DNA from: an uncultured SAR86 cluster bacterium
GTDB taxonomy: Bacteria; Pseudomonadota; Gammaproteobacteria; Magnimaribacterales; AG-339-G14
Reading direction: 5' to 3'
Assembly: GCA_902562135.1 (NCBI GenBank)
Contig: CACESE010000001.1
Location: 30,181 to 94,180, forward strand
Length of the DNA stretch: 64,000 nt
Part shown: piece after piece, positions 47,622 to 57,440 of the stretch
Layout of the letters: each line of letters opens with the position of its first letter
Position numbering within the stretch: the stretch's first letter is position 1
Notes under the pieces: model-generated
What the model saw: only the letters and a program-made list of their open reading frames with translations
What the model was told of the DNA's origin: nothing
Database searches by the model: none
Position numbers and translations under genes: made by a program

Positions 47622-48179
47622 TTAATTTACGTGCGTAGATAACTGGGTTCCTAGATTTACTAACTCAATTTTTTTTTGATTTATGTCAAATTCAGTTACC
47701 GAACAATTATCTGGATAAAAACTAACCATTGAGCGATAGTTTTCTGCATTAGCTACTATAGTATTTATCACCATAAAATGGGAAAAAATTATCGTTGGAT
47801 TTTTAAACTCCTTAATTTTAGAAATTATGCTTTGATGCCAATTCAATTGAGCTTTTTCAAGTTCATTAATATTTTTATTAAAAATTTCTTTCAGCCATTG
47901 CTGCCTTTTATTCAATGGAATTCCTGGAGATGGTATTTCAGTAAAAACTGGATCAATGAACATATCTTTATTGAGTTTTTCTTTTAATTTTGTTCCAGTC
48001 TCGATTGCTCTTTTAAGAGGGCTGCTTTTCAAATCGTAGTTTTCAATTCCTTCAAGTTTAAGAAGCATGTTTGCACATTCTTCGGCCTGGACAATTCCTA
48101 AATCGCTTAGCCCTGGATCGGAAGATTCTTCCCAAGAGGCTGAAGCTTCTCCATGTCTTACTATTAATAATTTTGTCAT
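47622..48179 (-). CDS. Histidine phosphatase superfamily (branch 1) protein
   Basis: 185 aa. LLIVRHGEA catalytic RHG motif, SSPLKRAIET, and a second His in IIFSHF. The substrate cannot be assigned. Confidence 0.7.
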   Translation of the reverse strand: MTKLLIVRHGEASASWEESSDPGLSDLGIVQAEECANMLLKLEGIENYDLKSSPLKRAIETGTKLKEKLNKDMFIDPVFTEIPSPGIPLNKRQQWLKEIFNKNINELEKAQLNWHQSIISKIKEFKNPTIIFSHFMVINTIVANAENYRSMVSFYPDNCSVTEFDINQKKIELVNLGTQLSTHVN

Positions 48180-48215
48180 AGTTTTATTTTTATCAAGATT
48201 GTGAATAATAACTGA

Positions 48216-48920
48216 ATGAGAATACCTAGGATATATTATCCTGAAGAATTAAAACCTAATTCTTTAATCAATCTTCCTTTAAGTGCATCAAATCATTTGA
48301 AAGTTTTAAAGAAAAATAAAGGGGATAAAGTTGAAGTTTTTAATGGAAAGGGCACGATTTCCCTAGGATGCTTAGAAGATTTAAAACGTAATAGAATTTC
48401 TTTGAGACTAGAAGACAATATTATTCAAGAAAAACCTTTGATTCCCGAAATTAATTTGGGAGTCTCTAATATTAAAAATTTTGATAAAGTTGTAAAAGAT
48501 TCTTCTCAGCTTGGTGTGAGCGCCTTAGCTTCTTTAATTACTGAAAGAACTAAGCTTCGAGACACTAAAAAAGATAAATTTAAAAGGTGGCAGCTTATTT
48601 CTGCAAGTTCTTGCGAGCAATCAGGATTAAATTGGTTGCCTAAGATTTCTCAGAATAATTTAAAAGATTGGATAGGTGAATCAAAGTCAAAGAATAGATT
48701 TTTCCTAGATCCAAAAGCAGATATTTATATCGGCGATATAAAAAGATTTTCAACTTTAGATATTGCAATCGGTCCTGAAGGGGGGTTTTCGACAAAAGAA
48801 GAAGATTTATTCAAGAAGTATAATTTTACTGGGGTTAATTGCGGTAACTTAGTCATAAAGACAGAATCTATGCCTATAGTAGTATTATCAATGCTAAAGG
48901 TCCTAAGCGAGGCTAACTAA
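48216..48920 (+). CDS. rsmE: 16S rRNA (uracil1498-N3)-methyltransferase
   Basis: 234 aa. MRIPRIYYP N-terminus, a PUA-like region (GDKVEVFNGKG), and the C-terminal SPOUT knot IAIGPEGGFS. rsmE-gshB order as in E. coli. Confidence 0.88.
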   Translation: MRIPRIYYPEELKPNSLINLPLSASNHLKVLKKNKGDKVEVFNGKGTISLGCLEDLKRNRISLRLEDNIIQEKPLIPEINLGVSNIKNFDKVVKDSSQLGVSALASLITERTKLRDTKKDKFKRWQLISASSCEQSGLNWLPKISQNNLKDWIGESKSKNRFFLDPKADIYIGDIKRFSTLDIAIGPEGGFSTKEEDLFKKYNFTGVNCGNLVIKTESMPIVVLSMLKVLSEAN

Positions 48921-49859
48921 ATGAAGAAAATTGGAATAGTAATGAACTCAATTGCTGAAATAAATTTCAAAAAAGATTCAACATTATTGTTGATGAGCGA
49001 GTTACAAAATCAAGGCAAAGAACTTTATTACATAGAAAATTTAAATTTGTATTTTTCTAATCAAACGCCAATGGCAGTTGCACAAAAAATTGAAGTATTT
49101 ATGAATGAAAATAAATGGTTTGCTCTAGAAGATCAGGAGAAAATAGAGCTCGCTTCTTTAGATCTTGTTTTAATGAGACAAGACCCTCCTTTCGACATGA
49201 ATTTTATAAACAATACTTATGTCTTAGAGGCAGCAGAAAATAAAGGTCTTAAAGTGGTTAATAGACCTTCAAGCTTAAGGACATTTAATGAAAAATTATC
49301 TATTTTAAATTATCCAAGCTTCATGACTGATACTGTGGTTACCTCTAAGAAGTCACTAATGGAAGAATTTATTAACATTCACAAAAAGGTAGTAATAAAA
49401 CCTTTAGGTCTCATGGGCGGCGATGGTGTTCAAATAGTCAATGCCGATAATTGCTCTGAAGCCCTTAATAGTATGCCTTTTGATAATTCAGAAATGCTGA
49501 TGTTGCAAAAATTTATAGATGACGTTTACCTTGGAGACAGAAGGATTTTAATAATAAATGGAAATTTACCGGAATCAGTTGTTTTGAGAAAACCACCAGA
49601 GGGTGATTTTCGAGGAAATTTGGCAATAGGCGGAACTGCATCGACTGAAGCTTTAAATGAAAGAGATAAAGAGATAGCGAGTGTCATTGGCAAAGATTTG
49701 TTAAAGCAAGGAATCTTTATTGCCGGATTGGATGTAGTAGGAGGCTTCTTAACCGAAATAAATATTACCTGTCCAACATGTTTCAGAGAATTATTAGACC
49801 AGACAGGAGAGAATCTCGCCGAAAGCTTCGTAGACCAATTAGAGATAATAAAAATATGA
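48921..49859 (+). CDS. gshB: Glutathione synthetase (prokaryotic ATP-grasp type)
   Basis: 312 aa. MRQDPPFD, KPLGLMGG, GDRRILIING and FRGNLAIGG motifs. Confidence 0.92.
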   Translation: MKKIGIVMNSIAEINFKKDSTLLLMSELQNQGKELYYIENLNLYFSNQTPMAVAQKIEVFMNENKWFALEDQEKIELASLDLVLMRQDPPFDMNFINNTYVLEAAENKGLKVVNRPSSLRTFNEKLSILNYPSFMTDTVVTSKKSLMEEFINIHKKVVIKPLGLMGGDGVQIVNADNCSEALNSMPFDNSEMLMLQKFIDDVYLGDRRILIINGNLPESVVLRKPPEGDFRGNLAIGGTASTEALNERDKEIASVIGKDLLKQGIFIAGLDVVGGFLTEINITCPTCFRELLDQTGENLAESFVDQLEIIKI

Positions 49860-50410
49860 AATTAAAAATTTATGCTTTTTTATTAATTTCATTTGGCTTA
49901 CATGTTTTTGTTATCGCAGGGTTAAGTTTTGTTACCGATGAAAATACGTTTGATAAGAATGTAGTAAGTGTAAATTTGAACTTTTCAAAGTTTAAAGAAT
50001 TAGACAGTCAATTAAATTTCGAGGTTACAAAAAAAGCTAATGGATTAGATTTAGGAGATAAAGTCGAAAGTTTTAATAAAAAACTTTTTACTGAAAACGA
50101 AATTACAAATGCTGCGAATTTATATGTCAGTGCATGGCAAAGACAAATAGAGAGTATTGCCAATTCTTCTTTTAAAGAATATTTAAATAATCAAGAACCA
50201 ATTTCTTTAAGACTTTCTGCGACTTTAAATTCTTCTGGTGAGTTAGTTAATTTTGAGCTAATAAAATCTTCTGGGATTGAAACAATTGATCAAGTGGCAA
50301 TAGATATTTTAAAAACAGCATCACCTTTTATTCCTTTTAGCGAGATGATGAATGACTATCTTGAGATTACTATTATTCGGGATTGGAATTTTGGTTCTCC
50401 AAAAATATGA
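49856..50410 (+). CDS. TonB-like energy-transducer protein, minimal form without a Pro-rich spacer
   Basis: 184 aa from the ATG at 49856 (ATGA overlap with gshB). N-terminal TM helix containing an S-x3-H motif (LISFGLHVF). The C-terminal ~80 aa has a TonB-C-like pattern (SGELVNFELIKSSGIETIDQVAIDILK). A TonB-family gene follows gshB in Pseudomonas as well. Confidence 0.6.
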   Translation: MKLKIYAFLLISFGLHVFVIAGLSFVTDENTFDKNVVSVNLNFSKFKELDSQLNFEVTKKANGLDLGDKVESFNKKLFTENEITNAANLYVSAWQRQIESIANSSFKEYLNNQEPISLRLSATLNSSGELVNFELIKSSGIETIDQVAIDILKTASPFIPFSEMMNDYLEITIIRDWNFGSPKI

Positions 50411-50814
50411 CAACAAATTTACTCGGTATAGATTATGGAACTAAACATGTTGGTTTTGCTCTCGGCAACACTTTGACCAAATCGTCAGAAAATTTTTTTT
50501 CTTTTTCTTATTCAAAAAAAAATCAGCTTGAACGAAAGATTTTAGAAATCTGTAAGGAATGGGAGATAAGTCAGATTGTTTTTGGCATGCCCTTTAACCC
50601 CGATGGTTCTAAAAATGACATGTGCAGGCAAATAGAAAAATTTTCAAAAAAATTGTTATTTAAAGTTGATGTGAAAATCTTTTACCATGATGAAAATTAT
50701 ACTTCTACTGATTTTAAAATTGAGACAAAAAATAAAAATGTAAAATCTTTTAATAATTCTCATGGATATGCCGCTAAATTGACATTAGAATCTTTTATGA
50801 GAGAACAACTTTAA
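50407..50814 (+). CDS. ruvX: Holliday-junction-resolvase-like nuclease / pre-16S rRNA processing factor YqgF
   Basis: 135 aa from the ATG at 50407. LLGIDYGTKHVGFALG N-terminal RNase-H-like motif and YHDENYTS. Confidence 0.85.
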   Translation: MTTNLLGIDYGTKHVGFALGNTLTKSSENFFSFSYSKKNQLERKILEICKEWEISQIVFGMPFNPDGSKNDMCRQIEKFSKKLLFKVDVKIFYHDENYTSTDFKIETKNKNVKSFNNSHGYAAKLTLESFMREQL

Positions 50815-52571
50815 TGGCAGGTTTTTTACCCGATAGTTTTATTCAAAGAGTTTTAGATGAAACCGATATTGTTTCTCTTATAGATTCATACATCCCCTTA
50901 CAAAAAAAGGGGAAGGATCATTGGTCATTATGTCCTTTTTGTGAAGACGGTAATAATCCGTCTTTTAGTGTAAGTTCTCAAAAACAATTTTATTATTGCT
51001 TTAGATGTCGTGCCTCTGGAAATGCGATTGGTTTTTTAATGAATTATCAGTCCAAAGATTTTCTTGATGCTATAGAAACTTTAGCCACAAATGCTGGTTT
51101 AGAAATTCCTCAAAAAATACAAGGCGAGTCTTTTGAAAAGTACAAAAAAATAATTGATGCAAATGGACTTGCAAGAGACTTTTTTTCACGTCAGATGAAA
51201 GATAGTCCCGAAGGAAAAAAAGTTCTGGATTATTTGTTGAGTAGAAAGATATCAGAAGAGATACTTAAAGAGTTTGAAATAGGTTTCGCGCCTTCTGGTT
51301 GGGCTAATTTGAAAGATTATTTTGTGAAACTTGAACAGCAAGAGCTCATTAAAAATGAAATAGGGCTTTTTAAGAAAAACGAAAAAAATAATATTTATGA
51401 CGTTTTTAGGAATAGAATTATTTTTCCCATTAAATCAAAGAAAGGTCATGTTATTGGATTTGGAGGAAGAGTTATAGATGAGGAAATGCCCAAGTATCTA
51501 AATTCCCCAGAGAATGAAGTTTTTAAAAAGGGTAAAGAACTTTATGGATTGCATGAGGTATTGAAAAATAATAGGAATTTAAAAAAAATAATTGTTGTTG
51601 AAGGCTATACAGATGTGCTGTCTTTATTTTCGAATAAAATTTCATATGCTGTTGCTACCTTGGGTATAGCTACAAGTAAAACTCATCTTGAGAAGCTTTT
51701 TGGTTATGTTGATGAGGTAGTATTTTGTTTTGATGGTGATGAAGCAGGTATGAAGGCGGCAGAATCTGCGATGAAAATTTCTTTGCCAACAATTAAAGAT
51801 GGAAAGATTTTAAAATTTCTATTTCTTCCAGATGAGCATGATCCATCTAGTTTACTTGAAGAAGAGGGGAGAGATGAATTTGAAGAAAGAATTGAGAAAG
51901 CAATGGTACTTTCTGACTATATATTCAGCTTAATTTTAAATAAATATGGAGACTCTATTGAAGAAAAAGCTGCCGCGTCTAAAGAATTTACAAGTCTTAT
52001 TTCCTCAATGCCATCAAGTAATTATAAAAATATTTTGATTCAAGAATTTTCTAAAAAAGTCGATATTAAGCTTGAAGAAGAAAATAAAATCATTCCGGAA
52101 AGAAAAAAAATTCAAAAAGTAGAAGAAAAAGAAATAAGTTATGAGCTAGATAAAGTAACTAAAAGCATTATAAAAACTCTTATAGAATGCCCAGAATTAT
52201 CTCATTTAGAAGAAGTTGATTTTTTAGTGGAATTAAATGATGAATTCGTATCAAAATTTATTAACTTTCTGAGAAGTAAAGATGGTCTTACTTTTCCAAT
52301 GATTCTTCACGCTTTTGAGGAGAAAAAAAGTTTCCTGATCAGTTTAACTGAAGATAAAAATCTAATCTCGCCAGATGCAGCAGCAGAATACATTATTCAA
52401 GCAATAAATTATTTGAAAAAAAGTGATGAAACAAACTTTCAAGATAAGCTTAAGTCTAAATATTTTGAGGGCACAATGGCAGAAAATGAAAAGATTGAGC
52501 TTAAAAAAATTCTTTTAGAGAATTTTGAAAATCTAGACCAAGAGGAAATTAAAATCTTGAAGGAAATTTAA
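50814..52571 (+). CDS. dnaG: DNA primase
   Basis: 585 aa. Zinc ribbon CPFCEDGNNPSFSV...YYCFRCRASG, a TOPRIM domain (IVVEGYTDV, FCFDGDEAG), and a C-terminal helicase-interaction region. Confidence 0.95.
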   Translation: MAGFLPDSFIQRVLDETDIVSLIDSYIPLQKKGKDHWSLCPFCEDGNNPSFSVSSQKQFYYCFRCRASGNAIGFLMNYQSKDFLDAIETLATNAGLEIPQKIQGESFEKYKKIIDANGLARDFFSRQMKDSPEGKKVLDYLLSRKISEEILKEFEIGFAPSGWANLKDYFVKLEQQELIKNEIGLFKKNEKNNIYDVFRNRIIFPIKSKKGHVIGFGGRVIDEEMPKYLNSPENEVFKKGKELYGLHEVLKNNRNLKKIIVVEGYTDVLSLFSNKISYAVATLGIATSKTHLEKLFGYVDEVVFCFDGDEAGMKAAESAMKISLPTIKDGKILKFLFLPDEHDPSSLLEEEGRDEFEERIEKAMVLSDYIFSLILNKYGDSIEEKAAASKEFTSLISSMPSSNYKNILIQEFSKKVDIKLEEENKIIPERKKIQKVEEKEISYELDKVTKSIIKTLIECPELSHLEEVDFLVELNDEFVSKFINFLRSKDGLTFPMILHAFEEKKSFLISLTEDKNLISPDAAAEYIIQAINYLKKSDETNFQDKLKSKYFEGTMAENEKIELKKILLENFENLDQEEIKILKEI

Positions 52572-52638
52572 ATAATTTTCAGAAATTTACATAAGTTTTA
52601 AGATATAATTTGATACTTTTTTTGAGGTACGACTTTTT

Positions 52639-54438
52639 ATGTATGACGAAGATATTGAAAATAATGGGCTGCGTGAATTAATAGAAAAGGGCAGAGAACA
52701 AGGTTTTATTACATTTGCAGACATAAACGATTTTCTTCCGGAAGACGTATCTGATCCAGATCAATTAGATGAAGTCATTCAGACCATCAATGATTTAGGC
52801 CTCCAAGTTCTCGAAAATGCTCCCGAAGAAGGTTCCGATGCTATGGAAGCTATAAATCAGCCAGTGGCTCCAGAGCCTACGGAAAACGAAATGGGTGCAA
52901 TAGAGTCGGAAGTTGGAAGAACAACTGATCCAGTAAGGCTTTACATGAGAGAAATGGGCTCAGTGGATCTTCTCACTAGAGAAGGGGAAATCGTAATCGC
53001 TAAAAGTATTGAAGAAGGCGCAAGAGACTTACTAAACTCCTGCGCAAAGTTTCCTGGAATCATCGAGGAATTTCTTCTCGAATACGCATTAATTAAGAAA
53101 GAAGATAAAAGAATATCTGACATCATTGTTGGTTTTATGGATGAGGAGGAAGAAGTTGTTCCTGGTCCTCAAGCTGGAGAAAATGTTGAAATGGATGAGA
53201 GCTCCGACGAAGAAGATGACGGCGCAGGCATTGACATGCAAGAACTTGAAAAACGTTTAGCTTCTTTGAAAAGACAATTTAATAAAACTGAAAAGGTCAT
53301 TGATCAAAAAGGCAGGAATAGTGACGAGGCGGTTAAAGAATTAGAAAAGTTAGGAAATATATTTAAGTTTTTGAAGTTATCTCCAAAAAGATTTGAAGTT
53401 ATTTCTTTAAGACCAAGACTTTTGGCAAAAAGAATACGAGGAATAGAGAAAGAAATTTATGATCTATGCGTTCAACAAAGCAAAATGCCAAGGAAAGAAT
53501 TTTTGGACATATTTAGAGATAATGAAACAAATTTAAAATTTCTAGATCCCATATTTAAAAGTAAGAAAAATTATATTGGAGAGTTATCAGATTATAAAGA
53601 TGATATTAAAACGCTTCAAAACAGAATAAAGGGCATCGAAGAAGAAATTGGTTTATCAGTTTCTGAGATTAAATCGCTTGCCTCTCAGATGACTAAGGGC
53701 GAAACAAAAATTAGAAGAGCCAAGAAAGACATGATTGAAGCAAACTTAAGACTTGTCATTTCAATAGCCAAAAAATATACCAATAGGGGATTGCAATTTT
53801 TGGATTTAATTCAAGAAGGTAACATTGGTTTAATGAAGGCGGTAGATAAATTTGAGTATAGAAGAGGTTATAAATTCTCAACTTATGCGACCTGGTGGAT
53901 CAGACAAGCAATTACAAGATCTATAGCAGATCAAGCGAGAACGATTAGAATTCCAGTACATATGATTGAAACTATTAATAAATTGAACAGAATTTCAAGG
54001 CAAATGCTTCAAGAAAACGGCAGAGAGCCTACTCCTGAAGAGTTAAGTGAAAAGATGGATATGCCTGAAGATAAAATTAGAAAAGTTTTAAAGATTGCTA
54101 AAGAGCCAATCTCTACAGAAACTCCAATAGGAGATGAAGACGATACTACATTGGGTGATTTCATCGAAGATCCATTGCTAGATTCACCGATAGATTCAGC
54201 GACTGAATCAAATTTAATTGAAGCTACCGGCGGAGTTTTAGGGAGTTTGACAGCAAGAGAAGCTAAGGTTTTAAGAATGCGTTTTGGAATTGGTATGAAC
54301 ACAGACCATACTTTAGAAGAGGTAGGCAAACAATTTGATGTAACTAGAGAAAGAATTAGGCAAATTGAAGCTAAAGCGCTAAGAAAGTTAAGACATCCAT
54401 CTAGATCTGGTCATTTGAAAGGCTTCCTAGACGAATAA
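52639..54438 (+). CDS. rpoD: RNA polymerase primary sigma factor (sigma-70)
   Basis: 599 aa. An acidic region 1/non-conserved insert, region 2 ([37 protein letters not shown]), and region 4 ([30 protein letters not shown]). Confidence 0.97.
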   Translation: MYDEDIENNGLRELIEKGREQGFITFADINDFLPEDVSDPDQLDEVIQTINDLGLQVLENAPEEGSDAMEAINQPVAPEPTENEMGAIESEVGRTTDPVRLYMREMGSVDLLTREGEIVIAKSIEEGARDLLNSCAKFPGIIEEFLLEYALIKKEDKRISDIIVGFMDEEEEVVPGPQAGENVEMDESSDEEDDGAGIDMQELEKRLASLKRQFNKTEKVIDQKGRNSDEAVKELEKLGNIFKFLKLSPKRFEVISLRPRLLAKRIRGIEKEIYDLCVQQSKMPRKEFLDIFRDNETNLKFLDPIFKSKKNYIGELSDYKDDIKTLQNRIKGIEEEIGLSVSEIKSLASQMTKGETKIRRAKKDMIEANLRLVISIAKKYTNRGLQFLDLIQEGNIGLMKAVDKFEYRRGYKFSTYATWWIRQAITRSIADQARTIRIPVHMIETINKLNRISRQMLQENGREPTPEELSEKMDMPEDKIRKVLKIAKEPISTETPIGDEDDTTLGDFIEDPLLDSPIDSATESNLIEATGGVLGSLTAREAKVLRMRFGIGMNTDHTLEEVGKQFDVTRERIRQIEAKALRKLRHPSRSGHLKGFLDE

Positions 54439-54442
54439 TTTT

Positions 54443-54519
<77 letters not shown>

Positions 54520-54532
54520 TCTAAAAAAATTG

Positions 54533-54898
54533 CTAATCTTTTTGCTCATCAAATGGGCATTTATAAACATCAATATAAACTCCCGCTGCATCCAGCTGAT
54601 AACCATCTTTATACTCTTGTGATGAATATATATCTCTTATGACAATAGCATTGCCTCCTGCTATGTGAACTTGGTCTTTCAAAACACGTAATGCGTTTGA
54701 AGTTGCAAAAGAGTTATTCCAACCGCTCTCTCTTTTTTCAGTATCATAAAGATAAACACAATTCAGACTCTTGACTTGAGAACGATCAATCGTCATTACA
54801 TGATGATTATCAGAGTATATTGATGGATCAAGAGATTCACACGCGACAATTAAGGAAAAAAAAAGAATGAGTGTTAGTCTGTTCATCAAATATATCAC
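54533..54898 (-). CDS. Small lipoprotein, DUF4156-like
   Basis: 121 aa. Lipobox LIVAC in the signal peptide; the start is the ATG at 54898 or at 54886. The central block (NALRVLKDQVHIAGGNAIVIRDI) resembles the DUF4156 pattern. Confidence 0.55.
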   Translation of the reverse strand: MIYLMNRLTLILFFSLIVACESLDPSIYSDNHHVMTIDRSQVKSLNCVYLYDTEKRESGWNNSFATSNALRVLKDQVHIAGGNAIVIRDIYSSQEYKDGYQLDAAGVYIDVYKCPFDEQKD

Positions 54899-54937
54899 TT
54901 AGATAATTCTATCATGATGATTCTTGGGGGTTAATAT

Positions 54938-54983
54938 TGTGACTCATAAACCACTGGTTGAAGGGTAGAGCTCCTCCTTGCCA
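54938..54983 (+). other. Degenerate copy of the 3' half of a CAT-anticodon tRNA (tRNA remnant or candidate att-like repeat)
   Basis: Hand alignment to tRNA positions 54470-54509. gactcataa is identical. About 22 of 30 positions match from the anticodon loop to the T-loop, and a tcctcc T-stem block follows after a 1-nt shift. No 5' half or intact stems, so it is not functional. Confidence 0.4.
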
Positions 54984-55066
54984 TTAAAAAAAACTTATTT
55001 ATCCACAAAAGTACCTTTTTTACTCCTGTACCTTTATAACCATAAGTTATTTATATATATAAAAAT

Positions 55067-55085
55067 GATAATCATTCTCATTATC
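55067..55085 (+). promoter_or_regulatory. Fur box 1 upstream of the TonB-dependent receptor
   Basis: GATAATCATTCTCATTATC matches the 19-bp consensus GATAATGATAATCATTATC at 16/19. It lies 61-79 nt upstream of the receptor ATG. Confidence 0.8.
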
Positions 55086-55094
55086 ATTTGTATT

Positions 55095-55113
55095 AATAAT
55101 GAGAATCATTATC
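55095..55113 (+). promoter_or_regulatory. Fur box 2 upstream of the TonB-dependent receptor
   Basis: AATAATGAGAATCATTATC matches the Fur consensus at 17/19. It lies 33-51 nt upstream of the receptor ATG. Confidence 0.85.
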
Positions 55114-55145
55114 ATTTATAGACTATATTTATAGTGGAATAATTT

Positions 55146-57305
55146 ATGAAAAAAATATTTTTGTCTAGCTTGCTAGTAGCAAGTGGAATTTTAGTTTCAG
55201 GTGCCTTGATTGCGCAGGAAGAAGAACTAGTTGTGAAAGGTAACGTTCTTTACTCTGATCAAGTCAACGCACTTAAAACTCCAGTGCCAGTAATAAACGT
55301 ACCAGTATCTGTATCTATTATCACTGACGATGAAATTGCTAGACAAGGTTTTGATCAACTAGGGGATGTAGTTAGATATACACCCGGTGTGAGTACTTCT
55401 CAAGGAGAGGGCCACAGAGATGCAATCGTTTTCCGCGGTAACAGATCGACAGCTGACTTTTTCCAAGATGGTGTTAGAGACGACGTTCAATACTATCGTT
55501 CTCTTTATAATGTAGAGCAAGTAGAGATCTTAAGAGGTCCTAATGCTTTATTATTTGGAAGAGGTGGAACTGGTGGAGTAATCAACAGAGTTTCTAAAAA
55601 AGGTGTCCTGGGAGAAACTTTTGGCTCATTTTCAATCGGCTCAAACACTTTCGGCGCTTATGATTTTGTTGCGGATTACAACATTTCGATTAATGAAGAT
55701 AGGTCTTTGAGAATTATGGCTCATCGTGATTATCTTAACAATCACAGGTCTTACTATGACGGAGATCGAGCAGGATTTAATCCAACAGTGAAAATTAAAA
55801 TGAGTGATAACACTATGTTAGATGTTTCTTATGAATATGCTGATCACGAAAGATTTATTGACCGAGGCATACCTACAGGTTCTAATGGAGAGCCAGTAGA
55901 GGCGTTGGCTGATATCGTTTTTGGACACCCAGATCTAAATACCCAAACCTTAACTGCTGATATTTTAAGAGCTACCATTACTAGAGACATCTCAGAGACT
56001 TCAAAAGCTATTTTTTCTATCACTAATAATGAATTTGAAAAAATGTATCAAAACCTTTACGTCGCTGGTTATAGTGCAACACTTGAAGAAGTTGCTTTAG
56101 ATGGATATTTAGATCCTACTACAAGAGATAATTTAATTATTTCAGCTAATTTTGTAAACGAATTTGAAATAGGCTCTGCCACGCATACCATTTTATTCGG
56201 TATTGAAGTGGTTGATACCGACAACAAAAACTTCCGATACAACACTAACTTCACAAATGCTGGAGCTTTGCCTTTAGCTAATGACGGAACTGGTATATAC
56301 GCGGCAGGTAGTTCGCAAGCAGGTAAAAGTGATAGGGAAACTTTTTCGATTGCTGACATGAGAGCTGGTATCTTTAATAGAGATGAGGCTGGTGCAGCTG
56401 TTACGTTAGATTTCACTGAGAAACTAAACAACATTACTACTACTGAATTTGAAGTTACTTCTTTCTTCCTTCAAGACCAAATAGATGTATCTGACAACTT
56501 GAAGCTCCTTATTGGCGCAAGATTCGACGACTACGAAATCACTGTAGTTAATCTTAAGCCTGGTTCTGAAGCTACTGTTACCAAAGGAGAGAATTTAACA
56601 TCACCCAGAGCAGGTATTATCTTCAAACCTCAGGACAATGTTTCAATTTATGCAAGTTACAGTAACACCTTTGCACCTGTAGCTGGAGAGCAATATAAAG
56701 CTATGTCAAACAGTCTTGGACCTATAGGCTCATTGAATGAGGTCTTAGATGCCAGTGAAACCGAAAATGCTGAGATAGGTCTGAAATGGGCTATTTCTGA
56801 TGAGTTATTTTTAACTGCTGCATACTTTGATGCAGAAAGAACTGCTATGACTGCCGTTACAGTTAATAATGTTGCTGAACAACAAGAAGTTGTTAATCAA
56901 AACGTAGATGGTATAGAAATTGAACTAGCAGGAAGAATTTCAGATCAACTTGAACTGACGATGAGTTATGCTGATTTTGAAGGTGATAATGTTGCTCAGA
57001 ATAAAGAAATTCCAGATTATCAATTTTCTGCATTCGCCAATTATCAGGTTAATGATAAATTCGGTATTGGATTTGGCCTAACTTCTCAAGGCGATCAGCA
57101 AATTGGAAGTGGGGCTACTCCTTATTTACCGAGTTTCACTAGAGTTGATGTAGCGGCATATTATCAAATTGCCGACGATTTAATGTTGCAAATGAATATA
57201 GAAAACCTAACAGATGAAACGTATTTCCCTCACTCACACTCAACACACCAAGCGTCTGTTGGAGAAGAGGTTAATGCTAATTTCTCAATTAGGAGGACTT
57301 TCTAA
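55146..57305 (+). CDS. TonB-dependent outer-membrane receptor (siderophore-type, Fiu/CirA-like)
   Basis: 719 aa. Signal peptide, a TonB-box-like EELVVKG, a plug domain (VEILRGPNALLFGRGGTGGVINRVSK), a long beta-barrel, and a terminal aromatic residue (SIRRTF). No FRAP/NPNL heme-receptor motifs seen. Confidence 0.9.
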   Translation: MKKIFLSSLLVASGILVSGALIAQEEELVVKGNVLYSDQVNALKTPVPVINVPVSVSIITDDEIARQGFDQLGDVVRYTPGVSTSQGEGHRDAIVFRGNRSTADFFQDGVRDDVQYYRSLYNVEQVEILRGPNALLFGRGGTGGVINRVSKKGVLGETFGSFSIGSNTFGAYDFVADYNISINEDRSLRIMAHRDYLNNHRSYYDGDRAGFNPTVKIKMSDNTMLDVSYEYADHERFIDRGIPTGSNGEPVEALADIVFGHPDLNTQTLTADILRATITRDISETSKAIFSITNNEFEKMYQNLYVAGYSATLEEVALDGYLDPTTRDNLIISANFVNEFEIGSATHTILFGIEVVDTDNKNFRYNTNFTNAGALPLANDGTGIYAAGSSQAGKSDRETFSIADMRAGIFNRDEAGAAVTLDFTEKLNNITTTEFEVTSFFLQDQIDVSDNLKLLIGARFDDYEITVVNLKPGSEATVTKGENLTSPRAGIIFKPQDNVSIYASYSNTFAPVAGEQYKAMSNSLGPIGSLNEVLDASETENAEIGLKWAISDELFLTAAYFDAERTAMTAVTVNNVAEQQEVVNQNVDGIEIELAGRISDQLELTMSYADFEGDNVAQNKEIPDYQFSAFANYQVNDKFGIGFGLTSQGDQQIGSGATPYLPSFTRVDVAAYYQIADDLMLQMNIENLTDETYFPHSHSTHQASVGEEVNANFSIRRTF

Positions 57306-57394
57306 GAGGATTTTGGTTTGTGTACCCTCAATTAAATAATAGAACTTACATTTATTATTTTTATAAACTCACCATAAACTACACAAATCAAATT

Positions 57395-57434
57395 AGAACC
57401 CAGATTGGCAGAGATCCTGGGTTCTTCCTTTTTT
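57395..57434 (+). terminator. Rho-independent terminator, probably bidirectional (receptor gene and convergent ALAS gene)
   Basis: agaacccag (57395-57403) pairs with ctgggttct (57417-57425) around a 13-nt loop and is followed by tcctttttt. On the minus strand the same hairpin is followed by aatttgattt. Confidence 0.8.
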
Positions 57435-57440
57435 AAATAA

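Noticed and set aside
52572-52638. Possible rpoD promoter (TTTACA ... TATAAT) in the dnaG-rpoD spacer
   Set aside because: The hexamers are only about 12 nt apart rather than 16-18 nt. In a ~70% AT spacer such hexamers occur by chance, so I do not call it.
54999-55007. Perfect DnaA box TTATCCACA in the largest intergenic region
   Set aside because: It is a single 9-mer, and about one such hit is expected by chance on two strands of 64 kb. There is no cluster of boxes, no AT-rich 13-mer array and no origin-type flanking genes.
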